Assembly: GCF_008831285.2 (NCBI RefSeq)
Contig: NC_045138.2
Location: forward strand, 34,348,001 to 34,412,000
Source: Nymphaea colorata
Lineage: Eukaryota
DNA: 64,000 bases
Reading direction: 5' to 3'
The notes under the pieces were generated by a model that did no database searches, had not been told where the DNA came from, and was given only the letters and a program-made list of their open reading frames with translations. A program made the translations under genes and the position numbers. Of the stretch, positions 51,467-64,000 are shown piece after piece. Position 1 is the first letter of the stretch. The number at the start of each line of letters is the position of its first letter.

Positions 51467-53480
51467 TAATGATGCATGTTGGCCCTGACAATTTGGAGAG
51501 ATTCTCGAGTAGAGGTATGATTGCCCTGAACAATTTCTGAACAACAGAAGGAAATCGCTGCTGCTCGGCCATTTTCTTTTCATGGTAGACCTGCAAGAAC
51601 ATGCATCATTATAACTTCTTACAAGAAAGATAAATTCTAAAAAAGTCTGTAGCTTTTAACAGGCTATAAAGAATGAGAAAAAGGATATCATACAAAATAT
51701 ATCCAGACATTTGAATTTGGTGGATTATCATAATTAATAATCCCTTTCCATAAAAGAATTGGAGAACATAACAATAATGAACTAAGGGTGAAGACAGACA
51801 AAGCTATTGATTTTATATCGTTATATCAAATGCTTTTCAGTGGAATGACAAATTCTTATGACTGGGGAAACGAGAAAGAAAAATTAGAATAGGCAAGAAC
51901 CAAGAAGATGATAATAGGTAAAATATCAAATGCTCCAAAGTTCCTCCAGATTCCCAGAACCCTTGCATATTCTCCCACTCTCGTGTTTGGATCTATTCCA
52001 GTGTTGCTCGAGTATGTATATGTACATCTTCTTACATAATATATATTGTCTTACAGATAAATATAAATGTTTCATCAAGTTTTAAAAATCCATACACGTA
52101 TCAAATAAATATTTTTAGACCAGCAAACTGGTTCTTAGCCCTGCAAATGCATTGTGCTTATAACAAATGCCAGCAAACTGGTTCATTAACAAATGCCAGC
52201 AAACTGGTTCTTTAGTCCTGAAAATGCATTGTGCTTATAACAGCAGGTTGTGATCTTCACATACGGCTTACCAAGAGAAGCTGAATATGCTCAAGAACAG
52301 TATCAATTTTTTTTTTACAGTTTTTCAGGCTGAAAGAAAAGTATTATAAAGGACCGATATGCGTTGAAGCAGTGCCATTCAAAATTTCAAACAAATTGAT
52401 GATCCAATTGCTGTATCAGCTGACAAGTCGTACTGGCTAAAGATGAAACCGCCTTATTTTTGTCAATGATTTAATTTAAAAATTACAAGTAGTACGTAAA
52501 TATCCCCTGCTTCAGGGCTCAAGTTCTCAATTTATCAATACATTTTTTTGTTGTCAAAGTAGCCATCACTGACATAGAACAAAAAGCTAAAAAGACTAAT
52601 GACAACTGACAGGACCCAGGTTAAATAAGACAAAGTCACAAAACAGTTACAACAGACTTTGACATTAACCAACTAACTGGATTTGCTCCACTGGAATAAC
52701 AGGTAGAACCTAGCAGACCATAAGATGAGCATGCGCGTGAATCATTATTATCAAACAAACTACGATGCTATCATAACGGTAGGAAAATTAAAGTGGTAAT
52801 AAACATCACTAAACAGCTGGGCGACCCATGTAAGATGGCAGAGGCATAATAAGATGCTTTCAAACAGAAATGACTCTAAAAGATCGCCGCACACGACAAT
52901 AGGAAAACCTTCTGAAGCTCAACAAACCGATGCGTTTCGCAAAACAGATTGACGAGAAAACAAACGACAAACCCAAATCCCAACGCCCTGCCAACACTAA
53001 GAAACAAGACCACCAGATCTACCATCCAAACAACAGATCAACGCATATAAAACCACATAAAACGCGTATTCGTCGAGATCGAAGAGGAAAAAAAAATCAA
53101 GACAAAAACAACCGATGCTTTACACGAGAAGCAACTTAAAAAGGCAAGAATGAGGAAAGAAACCTCCCAGAAAACCAAGATCATGAGCTGCAGCAAGTCG
53201 AAATCGAACCGATCGATGAAGAGGAAAAAGAAAAAACAAAGAAATGGAGGAAAAAAAAACAGAGCGAAAAGCAGACAAAAGGTACCTCAAGGAGTACGAA
53301 ATGAAACAAATGAAATGGAAGAACAAGTGGAACAGAGAGACAAAATGATACCTCAACGAGGTCTTCCCGGAGGGTTGCTTCCCTGTGCCCGTTCAGACTC
53401 TTCCCCACAAGAAAGGGGGAGAGGCGTCCACCCGTGACTTCTTTTTGGAAGGAGAAAGGAGGAAACCCTAAAGAAACTTC
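51464..53480 (-). pseudogene. Truncated, frameshifted 5' part of a mitochondrial ADP/ATP carrier gene (AAC3-like): putative 5'UTR exon (donor after 53352), ~1.76-kb intron, exon 51590-51464
   Basis: Acceptor TTCTTGCAG, then ATG 51572 MAEQQRFPSVVQKL and, after a 1-nt shift, SGQSYLYSRISPNCQGQHASL*; matches the recalled AAC3 presequence pattern PSVFQKLHGQSYLINRLSP. Upstream boundary approximate. Confidence 0.72.
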
Positions 53481-53615
53481 CCCACTTTGACTGCCACTTT
53501 TGCACTATTTTCGGGACTTCACCCCTCGACTTAACCGGATCGCATTTCTTCCCTTCACGTCGGTAGCCCGTTGGCACACTCCCCCAAAGGAGAAGGACGT
53601 CCCTGAGGGCCGAGA

Positions 53616-54618
53616 CTATGTCACCACAGTGCGGCGGTGCGGAAAGACTATTTATTGTTATTATTATTAATTTATAATAATAATATATATGACAAAATTA
53701 TCTCTAAATCATAAAATTATTAAATATCAAAATCAAAATTACAATTTTTTCCTTTCCTTTCTTTCTTAATAAGGAGGTTAGGTTCAGGGTCAGAGGGATG
53801 GGGCGAAGCGCTCCATTGTTCAGTAACGAGGGTTATTCCTATAACAATTTTGGTTTTGGGTAAGTCAAATTGAATCATGATCCAAATCTAGACCCAAACT
53901 CTATCACTCGCCCGACGGTTCCCCTTCCTCTTCCTCGTCTTCCTCTCTAATCTCTATCTCCCTCTTCGTTGCCCTCTCAATCTCTCAGGTGAGCATCGAG
54001 AAGAGAGCGACGGTGCAACGCGGCAGCCATTTGGGTAACTAGGTCTTCCTCCCGTCCTCACCTCTCTTCCGCCCTCTCCCTTCTGTTTCCCCCTCGCTCG
54101 AGCCCTCTCTTCCTCCCGTCCTCACCTCTCTTTCCTCCCTCTCCCATCTGTTTCCCCCTCGCTCGAGCCCTCTCTTCCTCCCATCCTCGCCTCTCTTTCC
54201 TCCCTCTCCCATCTGTTTCCCCCTCGCTCGAGCCCTCTCTTCCTCCCGTCCTTACCTCTCTTTCCTCCCTCTCTCATCTGTTTCCCCCTCGCTTGAGCCC
54301 TCTCTTCCTCCCGTCCTCACCTCTCTTTCCTCCCTCTCTCATCTGTTTCCCCCTCGCTTGAGCCCTCTCTTCCTCCCATCCTCACCTCTCTTCCTCCCTT
54401 TCCCATCTGTTTCCCCCTCGCTCGAGCCCTCTCCTCCTCCCATCCTCACCTCTCTTCCTCCTTGCTCTCCCTCTCCCTTTCCCTCAAATCTTGTCCTTTT
54501 CTCCCCCAGGGTGCAATTTGGGTGCGTCATTCTCATCAGGTGCAGTTTGGGTGCGAATCTAGGTCGCACCTTCGCGACGCGGGTGCTGGTCCAATTCTGC
54601 CGCACCCTGGTGACACAG
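53616..54618. mobile_element. hAT-like element of the same TIR family as 46847-48797, opposite orientation, TSD not recognisable
   Basis: Ends CTATGTCACCACAGTGCGG / CCGCACCCTGGTGACACAG; reverse complement of 54565-54618 resembles 46847-46908. Confidence 0.6.
54044..54461. repeat. 65-bp pyrimidine-rich minisatellite, ~6.4 copies
   Basis: GAGCCC anchor at 54100, 54165, 54230, 54295, 54360, 54424. Confidence 0.95.
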
Positions 54619-56631
54619 CCATTAATTCTTTCCTAAATCACCTAATCATTTTAATTCCACTACCACCTTTCAGTTTCTGAATCTCCACAAACCCACATAA
54701 ATTTATCTTGCCCCGTTTGACGGGCTGGAAAAATACTATTTACTGAGAAAAAAATTTCAAAAATTCAAAATTTTTTCATCCAAACGCAGGAAAATATTTT
54801 CGACCGTTGAGGTCGATTTCAGAAATCTTTTTTCAAAAAAATATTTCCACTGGAAAGACGGAAATATTTTTCCAGAAATTTTTTAGCCTCTCCCAGCCGC
54901 AGCCCTCTTCGTCCTCACGCAACGCAGCCTCTTTGTCCTCACGCGCCGTGAAGCCGCAGTCTTCTTCCTGTTGCCGTGAACCTTCCCCACTCGAAGGATC
55001 CCCTCGTGAAGCTCCTTAATAAGGAAGGTTTGCCCGGAATGACGACCCTTCTTTCTTGTAATTTTTTCAAGTTAAGAAGGAACCATAGGATCAGTGTTAT
55101 GAAGATGAATTTTTTCTTGGTATTTGGTTCTTCAAAGTCTTGGGATTGATTTTGTTCTCCGAGGCAGTGAATTTGCTTGATGCATTTGATGAGTCTTTGG
55201 GGGTCTAAAAGCCCCAACTCAATGTCTATTGTGTGGATTTTTTTTTCCTTTTATTGGTTTTAGTATTGCTAACTACACACTTGTAATGCATGTGTGCAGT
55301 TCTCAAATTATTTTCGTTTGTAAATTACATGACACAATCTTCGTAGCTGCAAGTTCCAATTGCAGAAATGAAGATACAGGGGAATTAGGTGGATAGCTAT
55401 GGGCTTGTGGCCTTCTACAGACCATTCTTCTTCTTTAGGTTTGCAGTGAATGCTGCTTTTTGTATGTACCCTCTTACCTGGTGGTTAATGCATTTTGCTC
55501 TTAATTTTTTAAGCATTGGAATGAAGTTTCTGTACCATCCAAGAAAATTAAGAAAAATTCCCCTTTCTTTAGATTTAGACATCAAGATGCCTTATAATGA
55601 CAGGGTTCAAACTGCAAGGATCATTAATCTTTCTTTTATGTCATCCCCTTCAATATAAAATTCTATTTTGCATGGGCCTGAAAATAAAATACAGTTATGT
55701 GCCTTCATGTTCCTTGGCCTGCAAAGATAATTGAATGTTAAAGAAAATTGTTAAAGTTGACAAGTTTCACAACTCAGATATGGGATTTTCTTTCAAATCA
55801 TCGTGTTTAGCAGAATATATACGTAAGAAACAATCATTATCTTTCCTTATCAAACATGGGATTTTCTTTCTCAGCATTGAAGATCATGTCTTTTTTCATC
55901 CTCAATGCAAAAACACTAGTGTGCAGAAGGACCAAATATCTCATTTCTTCAAGTTAATTTGGTGGGTCTTGCAAGCAAAGGTAAAGAGCAAAAGAAGAAT
56001 GGTGTCTGCTTATGAACAGCATGCTCGACCATGGCTCCTTTGCTCCTTTTTCCTGTTGAGATTTGTCTTCTTCGTTCAAAAATTTGCAAAAGGGAATGCT
56101 CAATCATCTTCAGTGGCCCTACCCTTTGCCTGCAATCATATTTGCCATAGCTCCACGTTTGAATGCATAAAAGATTCTCTCTTATCTACTACAGATTACA
56201 ATGTGTGCAATCATATTTGCAATCATATATATATATATATTCATAATGGTTTCACATGTAGGGATCTTGGGAAACTTGTGAAGTTACACCTTCGCTGGGT
56301 TGTACTTAGTGATATGCTCCTCACTTGGGCAGCAAGACTGTGTAGAGGCATACATGAGCTGAGCTCGGGACAAGCTTGTTTATCCAAGCTTGAGCTTGTT
56401 CATTTCTGCTTTGGGAAGCTTACACTTCTCTGGATACTTTATCTAAGATCTCTTGCCTAACATGTTTGTTTGTTAGTGCTCATAGTAGTTCTCCTTCTCC
56501 TTCATAAGTTTTTAAATTGCCTAACATGTTTGTTTGCCACTTCGTTAGATATTTGTTATATTCAGTTGGATTCTAGGCTAATGTGAAACTAGGCTGTTTA
56601 CTTTGTTTTTTTTTTCCGTACTGTAGTACCT

Positions 56632-57634
56632 ATGGAAGGTTCAAGCTCAAGAAATGATAGTCTTGTTTGGACTGATGCTCAACTAGATCATCTTATAAAT
56701 CTTCTAGTTGAGCAATCAAGACTACCTGACATGAAGTTAGGCGCCAATTTAAAGCCAAAAGCGTATAAGGCAATTGAACGGCAAATGATGGAAATGTTTG
56801 GCCCAAAATTCAAAGTCGAAAAAATAAAAAACAAGTTGAAGAGTACGAAAGCAGATTACAAAGTGTGCAGACAAATTTTGTCAACAAGTGGGTTTGGTTG
56901 GGACCCAACAAACCAGTGCGTAGATGTTGAAAATGAAGTTTGGGCGGACTACATTCAGGTAAGGCGGGAAACATTTAGTGGAAATTAATCATCATGTCTA
57001 TTACATTATAGAACATATGTGACTATAATTCTAACTGCAGAAATTCCCTGATCGGCAGAAGTTCAAAGGGGGGCAAAAATGAAAACATTATCAACAGTTA
57101 GACGAAGTGTATGACCAGTCCACTGCGAATGGTATTGGCAGTTTTACTTGTTCTTCATTGAATAGATCTAATGACTTAGTGACTAATCAAGCACCCAAGA
57201 CCCCTATAACCCATACGCCTGATTTGGGTTACAATGTTGGTGAAAATGTATCGTTTACACAAATGTTGAACAATGAATCTCCTGTGCCATCACCATCGCA
57301 TGTTCAACAAGATTCACAACATACTGCATTTGAAAGTAGGACAACAAACTCATCAAATAAAAGAGCAAGATTAAGTATGAATTACGAGGAGTATGGAACG
57401 ATATTGCATGAAATAGCTGGTAGTTTCCGTACAATGATAAACACATCTACATACTCCTACTTGAACAACTGTTCAGAGCTATTGCAAGAAATGCTCGAGT
57501 CGGGAGAGATTGATGCTGACATGCACTTAAAAGCCACGATGCTAATGGAGCAGCAAAACAAACTAGTCGTCTTCCTCAAACTTCTGTTGACCCAACGTGT
57601 GCCTTGGTTGCTGGCTAATGTTAATCATCCATAG
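56632..57634 (+). pseudogene. Harbinger Myb/SANT-like DNA-binding protein gene; exons 56632-56958, 57041-57634; in-frame TGA 57080-57082
   Basis: WTDAQLDHLINLL, KIKNKLK, SGFGWDP..VWADYIQ; exon 2 KFPDRQKFKGGQK*KHYQQLDEVY. Confidence 0.85.
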
Positions 57635-57823
57635 TAAGTAGTGTGTGATCATGTGCCTTTATAATTCAATGTTGTGGTTGTTCTAATTTCTATGCAGTTG
57701 ACTGTTTGTTTGTATGGCTGTTAATTCCTTTCCCCTTTCCATATTAGAATGTTTTATTTGTACATTCACATGTCAAACATGACGAAAGTTGCTTTTCTAT
57801 ATGTGCTACCCAGTGCTGCAGTC

Positions 57824-59200
57824 ATGTTGTCAAATGAAGAAGAAAGAAATCTTGTTATGTTGAAAGTCATGTTTGCCATGGTCATCATAATTTTTAGACT
57901 TCTTACTCAACCTAGACGAATAGTTCACCCTTTTAGAAATGCTGGTTCGAGATTTGTTGATAATATCATCAATGGTCATCCAAGGAATTGCTTGGACTTA
58001 ATGCGCATGGATCGCAACTCTTTTATTACATTATGTGATATGTTGAAAGAGAAAAATTTAGTAGAAGATGGTCGGGAAATCAGTGTCGAAGAACAATTTG
58101 CTATCTTTCTAATTACTGTTGGCCATAACGAGTGCAACCGTGCATGCCAGAACACGTTCCAACACTCAGGTCAAACAATTGGTAAGTACGTCAACATCAT
58201 CATACGAGCACTATGTCAATTGGGTGAACAATACATCAGTCGACCGAACGATGAGACTCCATCAAAAATCCATCTCAATCATCATTTCAATCCATATTTT
58301 CAGGTAAGGTAGTTCATGATCACACATTACATTGTACTCAGACAGTTCGACTAATATTTTTTAATGTACATAGGATTGTCTAGGAGCTATAGATGGCACT
58401 CACATACCAGTATGGGTACATACATCAGAACAATCGAGGTTTCATAATAGAAAAGGAACTCTCTCACAAAATGTATTGGCTGTAGTTGGTTTCGACATGC
58501 GATTCCACTATGTTTTGGCAGGCTGGGAAGACAGTGCGACAGATTCAAGAGTATTGTACAGTGCACTAGACAGTGATGTCGATCCTCTTGTCATACCTAC
58601 AGGTTAGGTAGTCAATTTACTATGTTGGTAGTTCTTAGCTTACAGTTGCATTTAATGTCGAACTCATAATAACTGTATTGTGTAGGGAAATACTACCTTG
58701 GTGATGGATGATATCCAAACATACGTGGTTTACTAATGCCATATCGAGGTCATCGATACCATCTCTCTGAATTTAATGCACCGGAGGCACGACGTGTTAC
58801 ATGTGTAGAGGAACTATTTAATCATCGTCATTCATCGTTAAGAACAACTGTGGAACAAGCTTTTGGTTTATTAAAAGGACGGTTCCCTATACTAAAAGTA
58901 CAAGTGTCATATACTTACCGTACACAAGTTGCGATTGTGTTAGCCACTTGTGTTCTACACAATTTCACTATAGACCATAATCCTCAAGCAGAACAGTTTG
59001 ATGTTGATGAAAGTGCATTTGACAATGCAAATGAGAGTACATCGTTTGTAAACGAAGTGGAAAGTACGACACAAAGTATTCGTCGAGGATCGAATAATGA
59101 TCTGCGCAGTACAATAACATCTCAAATGTTTACAGATTTTCAAAATCGTAGGTGCAGATTAACTTATCACACACATAAACTATTCTGTTGTCGGTTTTAG
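57824..59200 (+). pseudogene. Harbinger DDE transposase gene; exons ~57824-58303, 58374-58602, 58686-59200; in-frame TGA 58709-58711
   Basis: ISVEEQFAIFL, FQHSGQTI, DCLGAIDGTHI, QNVLA, GWEDSATDSRV, YYLGDG*YP, FNHRHSSLRTTVEQAFGLLKGRF, CVLHNF. Confidence 0.9.
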
Positions 59201-60567
59201 TTAGGCAAATGTTCGTTTTGTTTATGTTCTATTGTTGTTAGTTTTTGTACTCAAAATATACGCTCATTACGTTTTAATCTCTGTCAAAATGTGATGTTTA
59301 TGTTTATGTTTCCAGGACTAATCAAAGATGAAGCACCGACATCAGTGTGACGTATGTTCGAAGGTCGTGCAAGGGAAAAGTTTGATTTTATTTGAGTTTT
59401 TTTTTTTGTTATGGTGGATGCATGTAGAGACACTGCATATGTACTTGCTGCTATGGATACTTTACACACACACTTGGCTTTGTATTGAATGTTGAAGCTC
59501 TTCTGAACACTGAACACTGATGGGAATATGTAAATATTTTATCACTGATGGGAATATGTATGTGGTTTGTTTGGTGTTGTAGACTTTATAGTGAAATTCT
59601 GATATATATCCAATGAATATGGTTCCTGTATTTATGAATTGTGTGTAGATGTTGATGCAAACATTTGAGAATGTTTGTATTTAGAGTATGTTGATGCGTT
59701 GATCTGTTCTTCAAACCTTACTGTAGTTATTTTTGATCTTGTAGGAAAAAGACTCGCAATGGAGGGTTATTTATGTATTTGGTGTGGTTATTTATTTAAT
59801 TTTTGTAAATCTTGACAAATGTTTCCTTATTATCAAACTAAGAATTAATTTTCTGGAAATCTGGAAATATATTTCTGTACCATCAAACTCAGAAATATAG
59901 AATTGGAAATATATTTCTGAGTCATCACACACACACACCAAAATTGGAATCAGAAAGATTTTTTCCATTCCATTTTTCTATTTCCTATATTTCCAGAAAT
60001 ATATTTCCAGGCCATCAAACAGCCCTTGAATGTCGTTGCTTTTAATCGCAAAATTATGTCATATCACTTATTGTAATGTTCTCATTTACACGTTGGTTTC
60101 TTTTTAAATTTTAAAATTAATGCTCTTAAACTGAAATTCTTTTGCTCGGTCCAACGGTCTTTATTATTGAAATATTTATAGCTATATCTCAATTAGTGAA
60201 AAAGGGAGGACCTATAATAAAGAACTTCATAAGTTGTTGGATTTAATAATTAACACTTGCGATTTTCTGGATCTCGATCCATAGCTGGTGTTAGGTAACG
60301 TTAAACCCATTTAGATCTGGACCATAGTGGGTTCAATCCACTCATGGGGATGTCCAGATTCACGTCCACCAGTAGGTGTCCAATGAGAGGTTGCCATTGG
60401 ATCTGCCCGTTTTATGTCAACGATTCTTTATTTTGTAGGTGGATCGACGGACCCAATAGAGTCCTCTCCAATCGTCCCAAGAGACCAAGTCGAGTGGTCT
60501 GAATCCATCTAGAGGAATCCATATCTTCTTGGGGTCTCCAACGGCAGGTAGGTAGGTGAATAAGTAA

Positions 60568-63500
60568 TGTAAGACCCACGTTTTTTTTAAAACTGCCAAG
60601 TTTATCAAATGGAGACAAACGTGGAAAAAGATGGAGATAAGAGCTGATCTAATCACATTTGATGACAACTAACCAACTTTCTTAGAAGAAAGGACTCAAC
60701 GATAGAAAGAGAGAGAGAACGTAACGTCCTTCTTCTTGCTCTCTTGTTGGAGTAGAGGTTTGTGGCTGCTGGAAAGGAACCAGAGGCAGAAGTTGCTGCC
60801 AAGATTTTCAGAGGTATGGGGATTTTCAATCATGAATGGAGCATGAAGCCTGTATATTTTGAATTTCTAGATACGTATGCATGAGAGTTTATCAATTTAT
60901 ATATGCCCGAACATGAATCTATGCATGAGTTATTGAAGACTGGAACGGAAATAGCATGCTAGGTATAATTTCGTTTTATCCACAAAGAACCGAAACACAG
61001 ACGACCTCAAACAATAGAAAGATTTGATACATGAACCCTCTGAGAGGGTCGGGCCACAGAAGGAGCAATACCAATCTGCAGTGGGAAGACTCGGTTGTCT
61101 TCCCGAACCTGCTATGATACTAGCAGAGAAGAAAAAAAATAGTAATAATAAAAGGGGGAAGTTCCGAGCAACATGGACAGAGGACATGACATGCTTTGAT
61201 CGACTTGCGGTGAACCCCAAATCTAAAAACAAACAGGAAAGAAGGAACCGCAGTGATGCGCAGGCACTGTCACTCGATCGATCCGAAGACCAGCCACCTT
61301 CCTCATACTGGTGGAACGCAGCTTCAGTCGTTGCTCTCCTGCTTGAGAGAACGAGAGCAAGGGAAAGAGGTAGCGGCAACTGCTGTTGCAACCGGGCAGT
61401 GGAGGGCCCGACAACCCTTCTTTCTCTCTGTCAAGGTTTCTCACGAGGGCAATGCTAGAAGCACGAGAGCAGGTGGTGGCGGCGGCGGAAGGCGACGGGT
61501 GGCGCAGCGACGTGGAAACCCAACGCCGGAATGTCGCAGTAGGAGAAGAGTTTCTCTCCGGTTTTGGGTTGAGAACGAACGGTGGAATCCCCACCGCTGG
61601 TCGAGCGAGAAGAAGACGGAGGAGCAACTCGTAGGAGAGAGAAAACGAGGCGTGAAATGAGAGAAAAAAAGAGCGTCGGCCGTTTTTACGTTAAGTTGGA
61701 AAAATTACAAAGCGGGTCCACCTAATTAGCATAATTTACGAATAAGCTGTTATAAATTTTAGAAGACAATGCCGCAACGTTTTTGCTGAAAACCTCTTCA
61801 AAAAGAGGTTTGTGAGAGAAATTTTCAGTAAAAACCGGGTGTTTAATGTGAAATCACGTTTTGGTACCCTCTCAGTTTCTTAAATTGTCAAAAAGGGGGT
61901 TTTCTTATATTTGTTTGTAATTTCGAAGGAAAAACGTAATGTTATATTTTATTGCTCTGTGGTACCTTTTGGGTTATTTAAATTTCAGGAGAAGGCTATT
62001 GAACTATCTTGTTTTGAAATAGTGATTATTGTGTTAATTTTAAACGTGATGTGTTTTGCTTTATGGCATTACTACTCGACTTTGCTTCGTTGTCATTAAA
62101 TTGAATTAGAAATGTCTTGTTGTTTCTGTCTGAGAAACCGAGCCTGAGGGCGGTTTCTGTGAGAGGTACTAGACGATGTCTAGTATTGAGAAACCCTCAC
62201 TTTTGAAATTCGAAGGCGAAACGTGGACTTTGTGCGATGGTTTATGCGAGTGCGAGCTTTGTGCTTTGTCCAGTGTTTGGTTTTGTCCCGGGAGGTAGTG
62301 GTCACACTCCTCTGGCTGTACTGGAGGGCCCACAGGGTATTGGGCGGCACAAGGGCCCGGGGTACTACTGCTGTGTTGGGAGAGAGACATCTCCTGGTCC
62401 CTCAAACCGGGTTCCTAGAGGGGCCATGCTGCTGCAGCGGCGATCTGGGATATCTCAGGAGGCTTCACTTCAGGTGCCCTCGATCCGTTGGATCGCCTGG
62501 TGAAGATATGTTCTGTTTTGCCCGTGAGTGCCCACGGGGATTTCTGTTGCTCGGCACGATGACCATGACATCGTCAGAGAACCACGGTTGGAAGCCTACG
62601 AAATGTTTGGGAGGTTGTGCACACCTCGTTTTGTTCTGATAATGGGTCGTAACTTTTGTGTGTATAAAGTTTTGGAAAACTTATGGCTGTAGTTCATAAG
62701 GCCTTTTTGGAATCATTTTACGAAACTAAATATTATTTTGGGCCATGTTTCATTCATGTCTGGATTTTCTCATACTCAGTGGAATTCTGACCCTTCTTTC
62801 TATCTACAGGTAGCCATTGATAGATTTTGGCTTTGGAGCGACGACCTCAGTCTTGTGATGGACGGACATTGGCATTCTGGGCACTGCGTCGGTTTTGAGG
62901 ATTTGTGGTTATTTTGTTTGGGTCCAAGTATTTTATTATTGAAATAAAACAATGTCTTATGTTCTGGTCATGACTCAATATTGCTTCCGCTATTATAGAA
63001 ATGAAAGAAAATTTTTGGTGTCAAAAATTGGGTCGTGACAACTTTGGTATCAGAGCACAGTGTCTAGAGTCAATGTCCAATGCCAAGGTCGATCACAAGC
63101 AGAGGAACAGTCATCCAAGCCTGTTAACGAATGTGTTTTTGATTTAGTGTGAATATTGAGTTTTAAAATTTTAGAATAGTTTTAAGGAATCATTTTACTT
63201 ACGAATACAATAATTATATTTTGTGTTCCTTCGTGCGGTGTAGTTCAATGGCTCGTACTAGAGGAGGAAGTGCTAGAGGCAGAGTCTGAGGACCTCGCAT
63301 CACTAGGAGTCGAAATGTGGAGGCTCGTTCTACCAGAGCTAGGACACCTGTTGGAGATAATCAACAACAACAAGCGTTCATCATGAACACATTGCAGATG
63401 ATTACGGGATTGATGCAGGGTTTGGTGCAGAATGCTTCTACAGGAGGAACTAGTACAGACACAAACAGAACGACAAATGGTGAGGCAATGGGAGTAACTC

Positions 63501-64000
63501 ACCAACAGTTTATGAGCCTGCACCCTCCAAAGTTTCATGGGAAAGGCACTGTTGACGATGCTGAACAGTGGGTAATAGAAACTGATGAGATCTTTACCAC
63601 CCTGGAAGTGCTTGACAACAAGAAGGTTCGGTATGAAACCTTTATGCTAAGAGGAGATGCTAAGGAATGGTGGCGGACGCAACGTGAAGTGAAGTTCACA
63701 AATCACGAAGCGACCTGGGGAGAATTCAAGGAAGCCTTCACACATGCCTACATTCCAACCTTCACACGGGAGAAACGCATGCAAGAATTCCTGAACCTTC
63801 AACAAGGGAGTCTGAGTCTGCACGAATACATCGTCAAATTCAGACATTTGAAAAAATATTGCCCCCATGTGTATACTGCTGATGCGGACCGAGCAAATAA
63901 GTTCGTCAGAGGACTTAAAGACGGGTTGCAGAACCAAGTAATTAGTAGTCGTCCGAGAGATCTAGACAACGATATCGACATGGCCACACGTCTTGAAGAG
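60568..64000 (+). mobile_element. Ty3/gypsy LTR retrotransposon (Tekay/Del-like), 5' part: LTR ~60568-63040, PBS 63045-63056, gag from 63248
   Basis: LTR termini TGTAAGACCC ... GGGTCGTGACA; PBS TGGTATCAGAGC (tRNA-iMet). 5' LTR boundary is inferred because the 3' LTR is outside the window. Confidence 0.85.
63248..64000 (+). pseudogene. Retrotransposon gag, 3'-partial, TGA at codon 14 (63287-63289)
   Basis: HPPKFHGKG..DAEQW..FMLRGDAKEWWR..TWGEFKEAF..EFLNLQQGSLSLHEY..KF..KFVRGLK; frame open from 63290 to the window end. Confidence 0.88.

Larger units (their letters stand above)
54710..60025 (+). mobile_element. PIF/Harbinger DNA transposon, full length
   Basis: Imperfect TIRs GCCCCGTTTGACGGGCTGGAAA / TTTCCAGGCCATCAAACAGCCC; GAAATATATTTC-type subterminal repeats; contains Myb/SANT and DDE transposase genes. 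Confidence 0.88.

Noticed and set aside
52120..52222. Three copies of CCAGCAAACTGGTTC in a short tandem duplication
   Set aside because: Ordinary slippage repeat in the AAC-remnant intron; no sign of function.
54044..54461. Regularly spaced repeats that might suggest a CRISPR array (also 18979-19130)
   Set aside because: Units are contiguous with no unique spacers, the context is eukaryotic and no cas genes are present.
55735..56460. 241-aa ORF inside the Harbinger element
   Set aside because: Phe/Leu-rich, contains a translated AT microsatellite, no domain; probably chance ORF in leader/intron sequence.
60930..62639. Several 80-150 aa ORFs
   Set aside because: They lie within the inferred LTR, overlap on both strands and show no retroelement protein motifs.

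Overview
Flowering-plant nuclear genomic DNA (spliceosomal introns, TIR and LTR transposons); the species cannot be fixed from the sequence. Left to right: the 3' part of a TraB-domain gene (+); three intronless NDR1/HIN1-like (LEA_2) genes; three tandem 4-exon class III peroxidases of the PER3/RCI3 type (-); a complete RABB1/Rab2 GTPase gene (-); a frameshifted 5' fragment of an AAC3-like ADP/ATP carrier gene; a full-length but nonsense-disabled PIF/Harbinger element; and the 5' LTR, PBS and gag start of a Ty3/gypsy element. The most unusual structure surrounds the Rab gene: (i) a permuted head-to-tail array of its own first coding exon 1.45 kb past the stop, bounded by a 7-bp direct repeat; (ii) a hAT nested in a hAT in intron 2, the inner one carrying a captured NILR1-like LRR-receptor fragment; (iii) a 102-bp duplication of an exon end whose extra splice donor is inactivated; (iv) a promoter that runs into a short telomeric tract joined directly to the broken AAC gene. 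Two of three peroxidases have lost the Asn70-equivalent, all three share an ~18-bp upstream element, and one NDR1-like gene has a GPI-signal-like tail in frame behind its stop. All family calls come from reading translations by eye and recalled homologues; no database search was run.
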